Assembly: GCA_963850305.1 (NCBI GenBank) | Contig: CAWKKR010000007.1 | Coordinates: 352,001 to 416,000 of the forward strand | DNA: 64,000 nt | Source: an uncultured delta proteobacterium | Lineage (GTDB): Bacteria; Myxococcota_A; Polyangia; Polyangiales; Polyangiaceae | Reading direction: 5' to 3' | Shown: one piece after another, positions 20,292-29,519 of the stretch | Numbering within the stretch: position 1 is the stretch's first letter | Layout of the letters: each line of letters starts with the position of its first letter | Program-made: the position numbers and the translations under genes | Notes under the pieces: model-generated | The model's database searches: none | The model's input: only the letters and a program-made list of their open reading frames with translations | What the model was told of the DNA's origin: nothing

Positions 20292-21857
20292 ATGCCTTCC
20301 TTCGCAGCCTCGTCGCGCATCCCTCGGTATCTCCGGGTGGAGCAGGAGAAGATCGAACGGATCGCGGCCGAGTGCGGCCTCGACTTCCTGCCCGTCGTCT
20401 TCGAGATGGTCACGTACGACCAGATGAACGAAATCGCGGCCTACGGCGGCTTTCCGAACCGATATCCGCACTGGCGGTTCGGCATGGAATACGAGCGCCT
20501 GGCGAAGAGCTCCGAGTATGGGCTCTCGAAGATCTACGAGCTCGTGATCAACAACAACCCCTCGGTCGCGTATCTGCTCGAGGGAAATAGTCTCACCGAC
20601 CAGAAGCTCGTGATGTGTCACGTCCTCGGTCACGTCGACTTCTTCAAGAACAACTTCATGTTCCGTTCGACGGATCTCGACGCGACCGGCAAGATCGTGA
20701 ACCCGTCGCGGCCGGGGGGCTTCGACTACGACCCGAACCGGAAATGGATCGACAAGATGGCGAACCACGGCGCCATCGTGCGGCGTCTGGTCGATCGCCA
20801 CGGGATCGAGAAGATCGAGGCATTCGTCGACCACTGTCTGTCCGTCGAGAACCTGATCGATCCCTGGGCGCCGTTCGTCGTCCGCACCCGGCCCGAGCCG
20901 GAGGAGGAGGACGCCCCGGCGCCAGTGGAAGTTCCGCGGCTCCGCGCCAAGGAATACATGGAGAGCTTCATCAACCCCGAGGAGTATCTCGAGGAGCAGA
21001 AGAAGAAGCTCGAAGCGAGCCGCGAGCGGACGAAGGGGAAATTCCCGAAAGAATCGGTACAGGACATCCTGTCGTTCCTCGTCGAGCACGCGCCGCTGGA
21101 GCGGTGGGAACGGCAGATCCTCGAGGTCGTTCGCGAGGAGGCGTACTACTTCCTGCCACAGATCCAGACGAAGATCATGAACGAGGGCTGGGCGAGCTAC
21201 TGGCACTCCCGGTTGATGACGGAGAAGGTCTGCGATGCGAGCGAGATCCTCGACTACGCGGACAACAATGCCGCGGTCATGGCGACCAGCCCCGGCAATC
21301 TGAATCCGTACAAGCTCGGGGTCGAGCTGTTCCGGGACGTCGAGGAGCGCTGGGACAAGGGCCAGTTCGGTCGGGAGTGGGAAGACTGCGACGATCTCGA
21401 GGTGAAAAAACACTGGGATTTGCGCCTCGGCCTCGGCAAGAAGAAGCTCTTCGAGGTGCGCGCGCTCTACAACGACGTCACGTTCATCGACGAGTTTCTG
21501 ACGCCGGAGTTCGCGATACGCCACAAGCTCTTCACGTTCGAGTGGTCCAATCGTGCGGACCGCTTCGAGGTCGAGTCGCGCGAGTTCCGGAAGGTGAAGG
21601 ACAAGCTGCTCTTCCAGCTCACGAATCGCGGCAATCCCTACGTGCTCGTGGAAGACGCGAACTACCAGAACCGCGGCGAGCTCCTCCTGCACCATCAGCA
21701 CCAGGGCGTCGATCTCCGGGCGGACTACGCACGCGAGACGCTCGCCGCGCTCGTGCGCGTCTGGAAACGCCCTGTTTGTCTCGAGACGCTCGTCGACGGC
21801 AAGAAGACGAATCTCCGCTTCGACGGACGGGAGCACACCTCGAAGCAGGACTCGTGA
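20292..21857 (+). CDS. spoVR: SpoVR family protein
   Basis: GGFPNRYPHWRFG..Y, KIYELVINN, HVLGHVDFFKNN, QTKIMNEGWASYWH, LNPYKLG. Confidence 0.94.
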   Translation: MPSFAASSRIPRYLRVEQEKIERIAAECGLDFLPVVFEMVTYDQMNEIAAYGGFPNRYPHWRFGMEYERLAKSSEYGLSKIYELVINNNPSVAYLLEGNSLTDQKLVMCHVLGHVDFFKNNFMFRSTDLDATGKIVNPSRPGGFDYDPNRKWIDKMANHGAIVRRLVDRHGIEKIEAFVDHCLSVENLIDPWAPFVVRTRPEPEEEDAPAPVEVPRLRAKEYMESFINPEEYLEEQKKKLEASRERTKGKFPKESVQDILSFLVEHAPLERWERQILEVVREEAYYFLPQIQTKIMNEGWASYWHSRLMTEKVCDASEILDYADNNAAVMATSPGNLNPYKLGVELFRDVEERWDKGQFGREWEDCDDLEVKKHWDLRLGLGKKKLFEVRALYNDVTFIDEFLTPEFAIRHKLFTFEWSNRADRFEVESREFRKVKDKLLFQLTNRGNPYVLVEDANYQNRGELLLHHQHQGVDLRADYARETLAALVRVWKRPVCLETLVDGKKTNLRFDGREHTSKQDS

Positions 21858-21869
21858 GATTCGGGAGCT

Positions 21870-22937
21870 TTGTCGTTGCGGCCGTGGGCCCTCGGCGCGC
21901 TCGCGCTGCCGGCCAATGCTTCGGAAGGGTCCGGAAGCGCGAGCACGACGCCCGCGCCGTCCGTGAGAGCTGCGACGGGGACCCTGGTTCCCGGCGGCCT
22001 CGCGCGCGGCACGGACGACCCTGCTGACCGCGAGCTCCTGCTCGGCGACCACGCGTATCGCGCCGCCGATTTCGCAAAAGCGAAGGAGCACTATCAGCGC
22101 GCCGCGACCCTGGCGCCGCAGGACGTCGCGGGTCCAATAGGTCTCGTGCGCGTCCGATTCGCGAGCGGAGGAGTCCCGACGGACTACGGCGCGGCTCCAA
22201 AGGACCCCAGGGTCCGCGCTCTCCTCGCGGAGGTGGCCCGTTGCCTCCGCCGCGACCCGAATTACGGCCCTGCGTACGTCGAGCGGGGTCGTTTGCTCCT
22301 CGTCCAGGGCAAGCCCGACGACGCGCTCGCGGCTCTCGAACGAGGTGCGGCTCTCGCCGCGGACGATCCCGAAGCGCAATCGGCGCTAGGCGTCGCGCTC
22401 CTCGCGACCGGCAAGGCCGAGGAGGCTCTCGAGCGACTGAAGCGCGCCGCGGAGCTCGACCCGGACGATGCGGAGCGGCTCACCAATCTCGGCACGGCGC
22501 AGATGATGCGCGGACAGGTGGACGCGGCGATCGTCTCTTACCGTCGCGCCGTCGAGCTCGAGCCGAACGAGCCCCGCGCCGCGGGCGATCTCGGCACCGC
22601 GTACCTCGCGGCAAACCGCGCCGCCGATGCGAAGCCGTATCTCGAGCGCGCCGTGGCGCTCGCGCCGGACCGCGCCACGTTCCTCTCGAACCTCGGGTAC
22701 GCCGAGCACCAGCTCGGGGACATCCCGGGCGCGATCGCGACGTTGAACCGCGCGACCGAAAAGGATCCGAAGCTCGGTTCCGCCTGGATCAACCTCGGCA
22801 ACGCGCTCGTGGATCAAGGCAAGCTCGACGACGCCGAGCGGGTGTTCAAGAAAGCCGCCGCCCTCGACCCGACCGATCCCAGGCCCAAGGCGAGTCTCGG
22901 CGACCTGGCGGAGCTCCGGAAGAAGTCAGCGAAGTGA
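21870..22937 (+). CDS. Secreted TPR-repeat protein (start uncertain; GTG at 21854 with a +1 frameshift near 21887 is possible)
   Basis: Multiple 34-aa TPRs (…NLG.A…G….A…Y.RA.EL.P). Confidence 0.85.
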   Translation: MSLRPWALGALALPANASEGSGSASTTPAPSVRAATGTLVPGGLARGTDDPADRELLLGDHAYRAADFAKAKEHYQRAATLAPQDVAGPIGLVRVRFASGGVPTDYGAAPKDPRVRALLAEVARCLRRDPNYGPAYVERGRLLLVQGKPDDALAALERGAALAADDPEAQSALGVALLATGKAEEALERLKRAAELDPDDAERLTNLGTAQMMRGQVDAAIVSYRRAVELEPNEPRAAGDLGTAYLAANRAADAKPYLERAVALAPDRATFLSNLGYAEHQLGDIPGAIATLNRATEKDPKLGSAWINLGNALVDQGKLDDAERVFKKAAALDPTDPRPKASLGDLAELRKKSAK

Positions 22938-22985
22938 GCTGGTCCGGCGGAGCGTTCACCTCTCACGCGGACTGAAGCATCGTCC

Positions 22986-23828
22986 CTAGCGGCCGTCGCG
23001 CTTCGGCGGCATCACCGTCGCGATCATCTCGTGAAGGTCGTCGAACTTCTCGTGAAGGTGCGCGATCTCGAGCTCCGCCTTCAGGTTGACGCGGTATTCG
23101 ACGTCGTTCCTTACGCGGTCGCGCGCAACCTGCCGGTTCTGGCTCAGGAGCACGAAGACCGACAGGATGATCGCTTCGAGCGAGACGACCATGGTCAGGA
23201 GCCCGAACGGAAACGGGTCGAAGCCGCCGATGACGGTCCTTCCCAGCGGACCGACGTTCAAGACGATCCACACGAAGAAGATCACGCAATGAATGAAGAG
23301 GAACGGCAGGCTCCCGCTGAACTCGGAGATCCAGTCCGCGACCTTCATCACCCGGGTCCGGCTGTCCTCGGTTTCTTCGTTGATGTCGCGCGAGGCGCTG
23401 TGGCGCAAGAGCTTGTTGGTTTCGCGGAGGCGCCGCCCCATCGCCGTGAGCAGCGACAGGCCGGCGACCGGCTGCTGCCGCAAGAACGCTTCCAGGTCTT
23501 CGCGATCGACCACGAGCGCGTCCAGATCGGCGGTGACGACCGCGGACGCCGTTCGCGGCCCCGCGTCCAGGAGCGAGATCTCGCCGAAGAAATCGCCGGG
23601 ATGCGCGGTGTCGAGCAGGATCCGATTGCCGGTATCGTTCTTGAAGAAGATCTCCACCTCGCCCGACCGCACGATGTAGAGGGAGTCCCCCGCATCGCCG
23701 CGCGCGAAGAGCGTGGTGCCCTTGGCGCTCGTGATCCGCTCCACGCGCGCGCCGAGCGCTCGCCTCGCGTCCTCGTCGAGCAACGCAAACAGGGGGACGT
23801 CAGCGAGAAGCTCGGCGTTCGTGGCCAT
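22986..23828 (-). CDS. Cyclic-nucleotide-binding domain + DUF1003 membrane protein
   Basis: LF.RGD.GDSLYIV.SG…GDFFGEISLLD.GPRTAS, then GS..F…FDPFPFGLLTMVVSLEAI.LS.FVLLSQNRQ. Confidence 0.9.
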   Translation of the reverse strand: MATNAELLADVPLFALLDEDARRALGARVERITSAKGTTLFARGDAGDSLYIVRSGEVEIFFKNDTGNRILLDTAHPGDFFGEISLLDAGPRTASAVVTADLDALVVDREDLEAFLRQQPVAGLSLLTAMGRRLRETNKLLRHSASRDINEETEDSRTRVMKVADWISEFSGSLPFLFIHCVIFFVWIVLNVGPLGRTVIGGFDPFPFGLLTMVVSLEAIILSVFVLLSQNRQVARDRVRNDVEYRVNLKAELEIAHLHEKFDDLHEMIATVMPPKRDGR

Positions 23829-23904
23829 CCGGGTGGCCAATATGCCACGCCGCAGGAGCCGGAACCGAGTTTCCTGCTGTCCCATGGGGCAATCGACGCA
23901 TGGC

Positions 23905-23944
23905 TTGACCGTCGCCCGGTTCGGGAAGATAGTTAGCATGCTAA
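23905..23944 (+). promoter_or_regulatory. Sigma70 promoter with overlapping palindromic operator (probable MarR autoregulation)
   Basis: TTGACC-17 nt-GATAGT; perfect 12-bp palindrome TTAGCATGCTAA at 23933-23944. Confidence 0.65.
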
Positions 23945-23967
23945 ACATATCCTCACGAAATACCTTC

Positions 23968-24471
23968 ATGCCCCCGAAAGCGGTTGCCGAACGCAAGCGA
24001 ACCCCGGACCTCGACGCCATTCTCGAAGCGATGGTCTATCTGTATTCGGAATCCCGCCGCGTGACGCGCACGGTCGCCGAAGGGTACGGACTGACCGGCT
24101 CGCAGCTCCTCGCGCTGAAGATGATTGGCCCGCGGGGTCGCATCTCGCTCTCGGAGCTGTCGGGCCGCATTCGCGCGAAGAACAGCACGGTCACCGGCAT
24201 CGTCGACCGCATGGAACGGGACGGCCTGGTGGTCCGGAAGCGCTCGGACGACGATCGGCGCGTCGTGAACCTGGAGCTCACCTCGAAGGGACGGAAGCTC
24301 GCGGACCGAGGCGCGACCGTGGACCCGATGGACCTGTTTCGCACGTTGCTCGAGGAGCTGTCCACACGTGACGCCGCCGATCTCGAGCGCGTCATGATCA
24401 AGCTCGCGAGCCGGGCCCGCGAGCTTCTGGCATCGAAGGGGATCACGGACCAGAAACCGATGGAGGAATGA
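23968..24471 (+). CDS. MarR family transcriptional regulator
   Basis: GLTGSQL..L…SELS…STVTGIVDRMERDGLV.R.RSDDDRRVV.LELT.KG. Confidence 0.93.
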   Translation: MPPKAVAERKRTPDLDAILEAMVYLYSESRRVTRTVAEGYGLTGSQLLALKMIGPRGRISLSELSGRIRAKNSTVTGIVDRMERDGLVVRKRSDDDRRVVNLELTSKGRKLADRGATVDPMDLFRTLLEELSTRDAADLERVMIKLASRARELLASKGITDQKPMEE

Positions 24472-25352
24472 ACATGCCCGACAGCGTTCACCGAGACCCG
24501 GATCTGTGCGTCATCACGTGCGCCGTCACCGGCGTGCTCGCGAACCGGAAGCAGAGCCCCGGGATCCCGTACTCGCCTGCCGAGATCGGGGAAGAGTGTC
24601 GCCGGGCGCACGAGGCCGGCGCAGCCGTCGCCCACATCCACGCGCGCGAGGACGACGGGACGCCTACGGCGTCGCCGGAAGTGTTCGCGCGCATCGCCGA
24701 AGAGGTCCGGAAACGCAGCCACATTCTCCTCAACTTCTCGACCGGGACGATCGCGAGCGACGTGACGGAGCAGTGCACGTACATCCGGAACGTGAAGCCG
24801 CAGATCGCGGCGATGAACTCCGGGACCATGAACTACGCGAAATACAGCGCGAAGCAGAAGAACATGGTCTTCGACATGGTGTTCCCGAACACTTACGAGA
24901 AGATGATCCAGATGCTCACCGCGATGAACGACGCGGGGGTGAATCCGGAGCTCGAGTGTTTCGATTCGGGGCATACGCACGGGCTCTGGCCGCTCATCGA
25001 CATGGGTATTCTGAAGCCGCCCTTCCAGTATTCGTTCATCATGAACGTGCTCGGCGGCATTCCGCCGACGGTCGAGTCTTTGCAGCTCCAGGCCAAGATC
25101 CGCGTCCCGGACACGGAGTGGGAGGTCATCGGCATCTCGCACTGTCACTGGCGCATGCTCGCGACGGCCCTCGTACTCGGCGGCAACATCCGGACGGGTC
25201 TCGAAGATCATCTCTATCTGCCCGGCGGACAGATGGCGAAATCCAACGGCGAGATGGTGGAAGTGGCCGCGCGCCTCTGCCGAGACATCGGTCGACGGCC
25301 GGCGAGCGTCGATGAGGCGCGGAAGATCTTGAAGCTCAGGAACACGACATGA
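24468..25352 (+). CDS. Beta-keto acid cleavage enzyme (BKACE/DUF849, Kce family)
   Basis: ITCAVTG, P.SP.EI, AGAAVAHIHAR, GTMNY, PELECFD.GH, GGNIRTGLED. Confidence 0.92.
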   Translation: MNMPDSVHRDPDLCVITCAVTGVLANRKQSPGIPYSPAEIGEECRRAHEAGAAVAHIHAREDDGTPTASPEVFARIAEEVRKRSHILLNFSTGTIASDVTEQCTYIRNVKPQIAAMNSGTMNYAKYSAKQKNMVFDMVFPNTYEKMIQMLTAMNDAGVNPELECFDSGHTHGLWPLIDMGILKPPFQYSFIMNVLGGIPPTVESLQLQAKIRVPDTEWEVIGISHCHWRMLATALVLGGNIRTGLEDHLYLPGGQMAKSNGEMVEVAARLCRDIGRRPASVDEARKILKLRNTT

Positions 25353-26137
25353 CTCCCGGGCGCGAGTACGAGACCATCCTCGTCGCGGCGGCCGACGGTG
25401 TCTCGACGATCACGCTGAATCGTCCGGATCGGCGGAACGCAATCGGTCCGGCGATGGTCAACGAGCTGCTCTGGGCGCTCGAGGACGCGACGAACGACGA
25501 CGCCGTGCGGACGATTGTCGTCACCGGCGCGGGCAAGGCGTTCTGCGCAGGCGGAGACTTCGCGCAGATGACCGCCGGCGCGGAGGGCCCGAAGCTGCCG
25601 CCCCGGGGCGACTACAAGGACCTGCTCCTTGCGCTCGTCCGCTCGACGAAACCCGTCGTCGCGCGTGTGAACGGCCACGCGATGGGCGGCGGACTCGGCC
25701 TCGTCGCCGCGAGCACCTTCGCCGTGGCGTCGACGGAAGCGAAGCTCGGCACGCCGGAGATCGACGTCGGGCTCTTTCCGTTCATGGTTTACGCCGTGCT
25801 CGAACGGGTCATGAACCGGCGTGCCCTAGTCGAGATGGTGCTCTCCGGCAGCAAGCTGTCCGCGGAAGACGCGGCACGCGCCGGGCTCGTCAATCGCGCC
25901 GTCGCCCCGGACGCGCTGGACTCGGCCGTCGCGACTTACGCCGCGACGATCGCGTCGAAGAGTCCAAGCACCGTGCGCCTCGGCCTGGAAACCATCTGGG
26001 ACGTGGACGAGCTAGGCCTGGCGGAGAAGCTCGGCGTGCTCTCCTCCCGGCTGACCCGGTGTCTCGGGACGGACGACGCAAGAGAAGGGCTGCTCGCCTT
26101 TCTCGAGAAACGACAACCCAGGTGGACCGGCACGTAA
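25349..26137 (+). CDS. Enoyl-CoA hydratase/isomerase (crotonase family)
   Basis: ITLNRPDRRNA, FCAGGD, KPVVARVNGHAMGGG.GL, PEIDVG, DAREG..AFLEKR.P.W. Confidence 0.92.
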   Translation: MTPGREYETILVAAADGVSTITLNRPDRRNAIGPAMVNELLWALEDATNDDAVRTIVVTGAGKAFCAGGDFAQMTAGAEGPKLPPRGDYKDLLLALVRSTKPVVARVNGHAMGGGLGLVAASTFAVASTEAKLGTPEIDVGLFPFMVYAVLERVMNRRALVEMVLSGSKLSAEDAARAGLVNRAVAPDALDSAVATYAATIASKSPSTVRLGLETIWDVDELGLAEKLGVLSSRLTRCLGTDDAREGLLAFLEKRQPRWTGT

Positions 26138-26170
26138 TCGGCGGACTGCGAGTACGACGGAGGGCTTCCG

Positions 26171-27733
26171 ATGGACATGAATGAGCTCGTGAAGGATCTC
26201 GAGGCGCGCCGGGCGCGCGTGCGGCTCATGGGGGGCGAAGACAAGGTCGCGCGCCAGCACGGTCGCGGCAAGTGGACGGCCCGGGAGCGTTTCGCCGCGT
26301 TCTTCGATGACGGCGTCTATTTCGAGGTCGGGATGCACGGGCGCCCGATGGGGCTCTCGTCGGGCGGCGGGGATGACGTGCCGGCGGACGCGGTCGTCTG
26401 CGGCTTCGGCAAGGTGGGCGGTCGGATGGTGTGCTCCGCGGCCTACGACTTCACGGTGAAGGGCGGCAGCATCGGTCAGGTCGGCGAAGAGAAGGTGACG
26501 CGACTGCGGTCCATGTCGCTAAAGGGACGGTGGCCCATCGTGTGGTTCATAGATTCCGCGGGCGCGCGGATCGACCCGGGGAGCGGACACATGGACCAGA
26601 TCTCCCTCTTCGCGGGCTCGGGGCACCTCTTCCGGGAGCAGGTGATCATGAGCGGCGTCGTGCCCCAAGTGGCGGCGATGGTCGGGCCCGGCGCCGCGGG
26701 TACCGCGTACATCCCGGGTCTCGCGGACTTCGTCCCGATGGTGAAGGGGGTAGGGTCGCTCGCGCTCGGCGGTCCGCCGCTCGTGAAGGCCGTGACCGGT
26801 CAGGAGATCGGCGAACAGGAGCTGGGCGGGTCGAAGGTGCACACGACCGTCAGCGGCGTCGGCGACGTCGAGGTGGAAGACGACGCCGCGTGCATCGCCC
26901 TCGTGAAGCAGTACCTGTCGTACATGCCGTCGCATTGCGAAGAAGAACCGCCCATCGTGCCCTGCGACGATTCCGTGGATCGTCGAGACGAGGCGCTCCT
27001 CACGTTACTCCCCGAGAGCACGCGGCAAGCGTACGACATGTACGCCCTCATTCGCTCGATCGTCGACGGAGGCGAGTACCTCGACGTCAAACCGAAGTTC
27101 GGGCGATCGCTAATCACGTGCTTTGCCCGGATCGGTGGGCGCGCCGTCGGCATCGTCGCGAACCAGCCGAAGCATCTCGGCGGCATCCTCGAGAACGACT
27201 CCGCCGACAAGGGCGCGCGCTTCATTCAGGTCTGCGACGCATTCAATGTCCCGCTCGTGTTCCTGCAAGATGTCCCCGGGTTCATGGTCGGCTCGAAGGT
27301 GGAGCACCAGGGCATCATCAGGCACGGGGCGAAGATGCTTCACGTGATGAGCGCCGCAACGGTGCCGAAAATCACGGTCGTCGTGCGCAAGGGCTACGGC
27401 GCGGGCTACTACGTCATGTGTGGCCGCGCGTACGAACCCGACCTGATCGTCGCGTGGCCCACTGCCGAGATCAGCGTCATGGGCGCCGAGGGCATGCTCG
27501 GCATCGCGGGGAAGAAATTGTTTGGAGGCGCCGAACCCGAGCCCGCGATGAAACAGGCGGTCATCGACTCGATCCAGAAGAGCATCGACGTCTACAAGGT
27601 GGGCGGCTGGGGTCTCGTCGACGACGTGATCGACCCACGAGATACGCGTCGTGCCATCGCGTGGGGCCTGGACCTCGCGAGCCACAAGCACGTCGAACGC
27701 CCGCACCGCAAGAGAGGCGTGATCCCGGTTTGA
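26171..27733 (+). CDS. Acyl-CoA carboxylase carboxyltransferase (beta) subunit
   Basis: QHGRGK.TARER, DFTVKGGS, DSAGARI, LGG..VH, DVPGFMVG, RKGYGAGYYVM, DDVIDP.DTR. Confidence 0.93.
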   Translation: MDMNELVKDLEARRARVRLMGGEDKVARQHGRGKWTARERFAAFFDDGVYFEVGMHGRPMGLSSGGGDDVPADAVVCGFGKVGGRMVCSAAYDFTVKGGSIGQVGEEKVTRLRSMSLKGRWPIVWFIDSAGARIDPGSGHMDQISLFAGSGHLFREQVIMSGVVPQVAAMVGPGAAGTAYIPGLADFVPMVKGVGSLALGGPPLVKAVTGQEIGEQELGGSKVHTTVSGVGDVEVEDDAACIALVKQYLSYMPSHCEEEPPIVPCDDSVDRRDEALLTLLPESTRQAYDMYALIRSIVDGGEYLDVKPKFGRSLITCFARIGGRAVGIVANQPKHLGGILENDSADKGARFIQVCDAFNVPLVFLQDVPGFMVGSKVEHQGIIRHGAKMLHVMSAATVPKITVVVRKGYGAGYYVMCGRAYEPDLIVAWPTAEISVMGAEGMLGIAGKKLFGGAEPEPAMKQAVIDSIQKSIDVYKVGGWGLVDDVIDPRDTRRAIAWGLDLASHKHVERPHRKRGVIPV

Positions 27734-27754
27734 GCAGGCGTGCGCGCCTCAGAA

Positions 27755-27905
27755 GGGTGGCCGTACTCGTTGAGGGCGAGAGCGCCGATGATTGCGTAGG
27801 GCAGGTTCTCGGCCTCGAGGATGCGCACGAGCTTCCGAAGCGCCTTCTGGACGTCCACTTCCCCCACGAAGAACCTCCCGCAATACTCGACACTCTTCGA
27901 TAGGC
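27755..27905 (-). pseudogene. N-terminal fragment of a minimal nucleotidyltransferase-like protein
   Basis: RFFVGEVDVQKALRKLVRILEAENLPYAIIGALALNEYGHP, truncated just before the expected R.T.DxD motif. Confidence 0.55.
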
Positions 27906-27989
27906 GAGCGGTCTGCTCGGCCGAGCACCAGCCGGTGCCCCAGGCAGACTCCGCCAGGCGCCGGAAGCGTCGACCAAATCCGAACGCCC

Positions 27990-28260
27990 GCTAGCCATTC
28001 CAGGAGGCTTGCCAGACGCCGCACCCGTCCGCCATCGCTCACGCATCCGCCGGCGGGATTACTGTTCTGAAGATCGAGCTGGGCGACGCGATGGGCGAAA
28101 GCGCTGTGCATCGGCTTCGATGGACGCCTTCCGAGGATTCAGCGCGACCAGCACACGCTCCGCGAACCCGGCACTGAGAACGATCTTGACGGCAACGGTG
28201 GCCGTCGTCGTATTCATCGTGAGGGTGATGTGAACGCCGGTCTTCCCGAGTGCGATGAAG
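27990..28260 (-). pseudogene. Possible decayed gene fragment (DUF4268-like pattern)
   Basis: FIALGKTGVHITLTMNT…VAVKIVL…K.SIEA, followed by frameshifted W…EWL; no start codon context. Confidence 0.3.
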
Positions 28261-28366
28261 GCAGGGAAAGGCTGCGCGCCCTAACTGCTCTTCGCCGGGC
28301 TCCAGGCGCTCCTCTTCGCGGAGGCGAAGTTGACAACCGGAGTCAGGGTCGGGCTACATCACGGGC

Positions 28367-28834
28367 GTGACCGCCGACCCGGAGCCTCGAGCGTCGCCGC
28401 CTCCGTCAATCGGGGGGAGGCGCGCCATGATCGGCTTACTCTGGTTCGGCGCGGCGGCGACGATCGCCTACTGGGTCATCTGGTTCGGTGTGGCTCGGAG
28501 CTGGCTCGCGACGGTCGACGCACCCTGGTACTACACGTTCGAGAACGCGTTCCCGATCGCCGACGGTTGGATGACCGTGACGGCGGTTCTCGCGGCCCTA
28601 GCGCTCCAGCGGCGGCGCGACACGTCGGTGCTCTGGATGCTGCTCGCCGGTAGCGCCGCCGTGTACCTGGCCGGCATGGACGTCCTGTTCGATCTCGAAA
28701 ACGGCATCTACCGTTCGGCGGACGCCAGCAGCGTCGGTGTCGAGCTGTTCATCAACATCGGTTGCACGATCGGGGGGGCCGCGATCATCCGCTACGCCTG
28801 GGCTCACCGCGTCGCGCTTCTGAGTGGCGGCTGA
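28367..28834 (+). CDS. Small 4-TM hypothetical membrane protein
   Basis: Four hydrophobic helices; FENAFPIADGW and GMDVLFDLENG motifs. Alternative ATG at 28427. Confidence 0.78.
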   Translation: MTADPEPRASPPPSIGGRRAMIGLLWFGAAATIAYWVIWFGVARSWLATVDAPWYYTFENAFPIADGWMTVTAVLAALALQRRRDTSVLWMLLAGSAAVYLAGMDVLFDLENGIYRSADASSVGVELFINIGCTIGGAAIIRYAWAHRVALLSGG

Positions 28835-28867
28835 TTCCCGCTGATCGGGGCGGAGTTCCCGGCCTCG

Positions 28868-28907
28868 GTAGTTCCGCATCGACGACGTCGTCCCCGAAGG
28901 ATCAAAG
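28868..28907. repeat. Partial second copy of the 56-bp MITE-like unit at 18834
   Basis: GTAGTTCCGCATCGACGA is identical (18 bp); CGTCGTCCCCGA(A/G)GGATCAAAG follows after a 4-bp indel. Confidence 0.8.
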
Positions 28908-29504
28908 CCGTGCGTCACGGACCCGCTGCACGAGGGTTCGAAGGACGCGCGATAGACCCGCCTCGACTTCTGTCGCCTCGCCGCAGAGCGTGAGCGCGCC
29001 GGCGACCGACTCGAGCGTGGACACGTATTCGCGCCTGGGCTCCGCGCGTAGCCGCCCGTAAATCGACGGACCCGCGGGCTTCAAGGTCAGTCGATTCAGC
29101 TTGGTGAGCCAGGGGTTGCGCCACCACAAGGTCTTTGCCTTCGACCAGGTTCCGTCGAGTACGACGAGGCCGGCGAGGATGCTCGGCGCGACGACGCCGC
29201 CGTCGCGACCCACCACCTTGCCCGGAGGCGAGTCGCGGTTCGGGAAGAGGACGGCCCATCGTCGTGCATCGACGTGCTCCTCCCCGAGGGCCGCGGCGAG
29301 GTTCGGCCAGCTCAGGCCCACGACGAGTTTCGCCTTCGGCAGACACGCGACGAGGAGCTGCGCCGTGCCGAGGAGTGCGTCGCGCTCCTGTGGATGCTGA
29401 AGAATGAGAATGCGCCGCTCGGTCGGGTACGACACGATCCGATCGCACACGCAGGCGACGCTCGGACGATGGCAGGTGTCGCAGGTGAGGGAAACGGGCG
29501 CCAC
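28902..29504 (-). CDS. DTW-domain protein (tRNA-uridine aminocarboxypropyltransferase family)
   Basis: CDTC.RP…CVC, ILQHPQE, LFP, LDGTW, STLES. Confidence 0.88.
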   Translation of the reverse strand: MAPVSLTCDTCHRPSVACVCDRIVSYPTERRILILQHPQERDALLGTAQLLVACLPKAKLVVGLSWPNLAAALGEEHVDARRWAVLFPNRDSPPGKVVGRDGGVVAPSILAGLVVLDGTWSKAKTLWWRNPWLTKLNRLTLKPAGPSIYGRLRAEPRREYVSTLESVAGALTLCGEATEVEAGLSRVLRTLVQRVRDARL

Positions 29505-29519
29505 GCGAAACGCTACCGC

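Noticed and set aside
20256..22379. Long antisense or alternate-frame ORFs (e.g. 20256-22379, 1888-4128, 16269-18002 extension, 42717-44201)
   Set aside because: They are Arg/Ala/Pro-rich shadows of real genes caused by high-GC codon bias and have no recognisable motifs.
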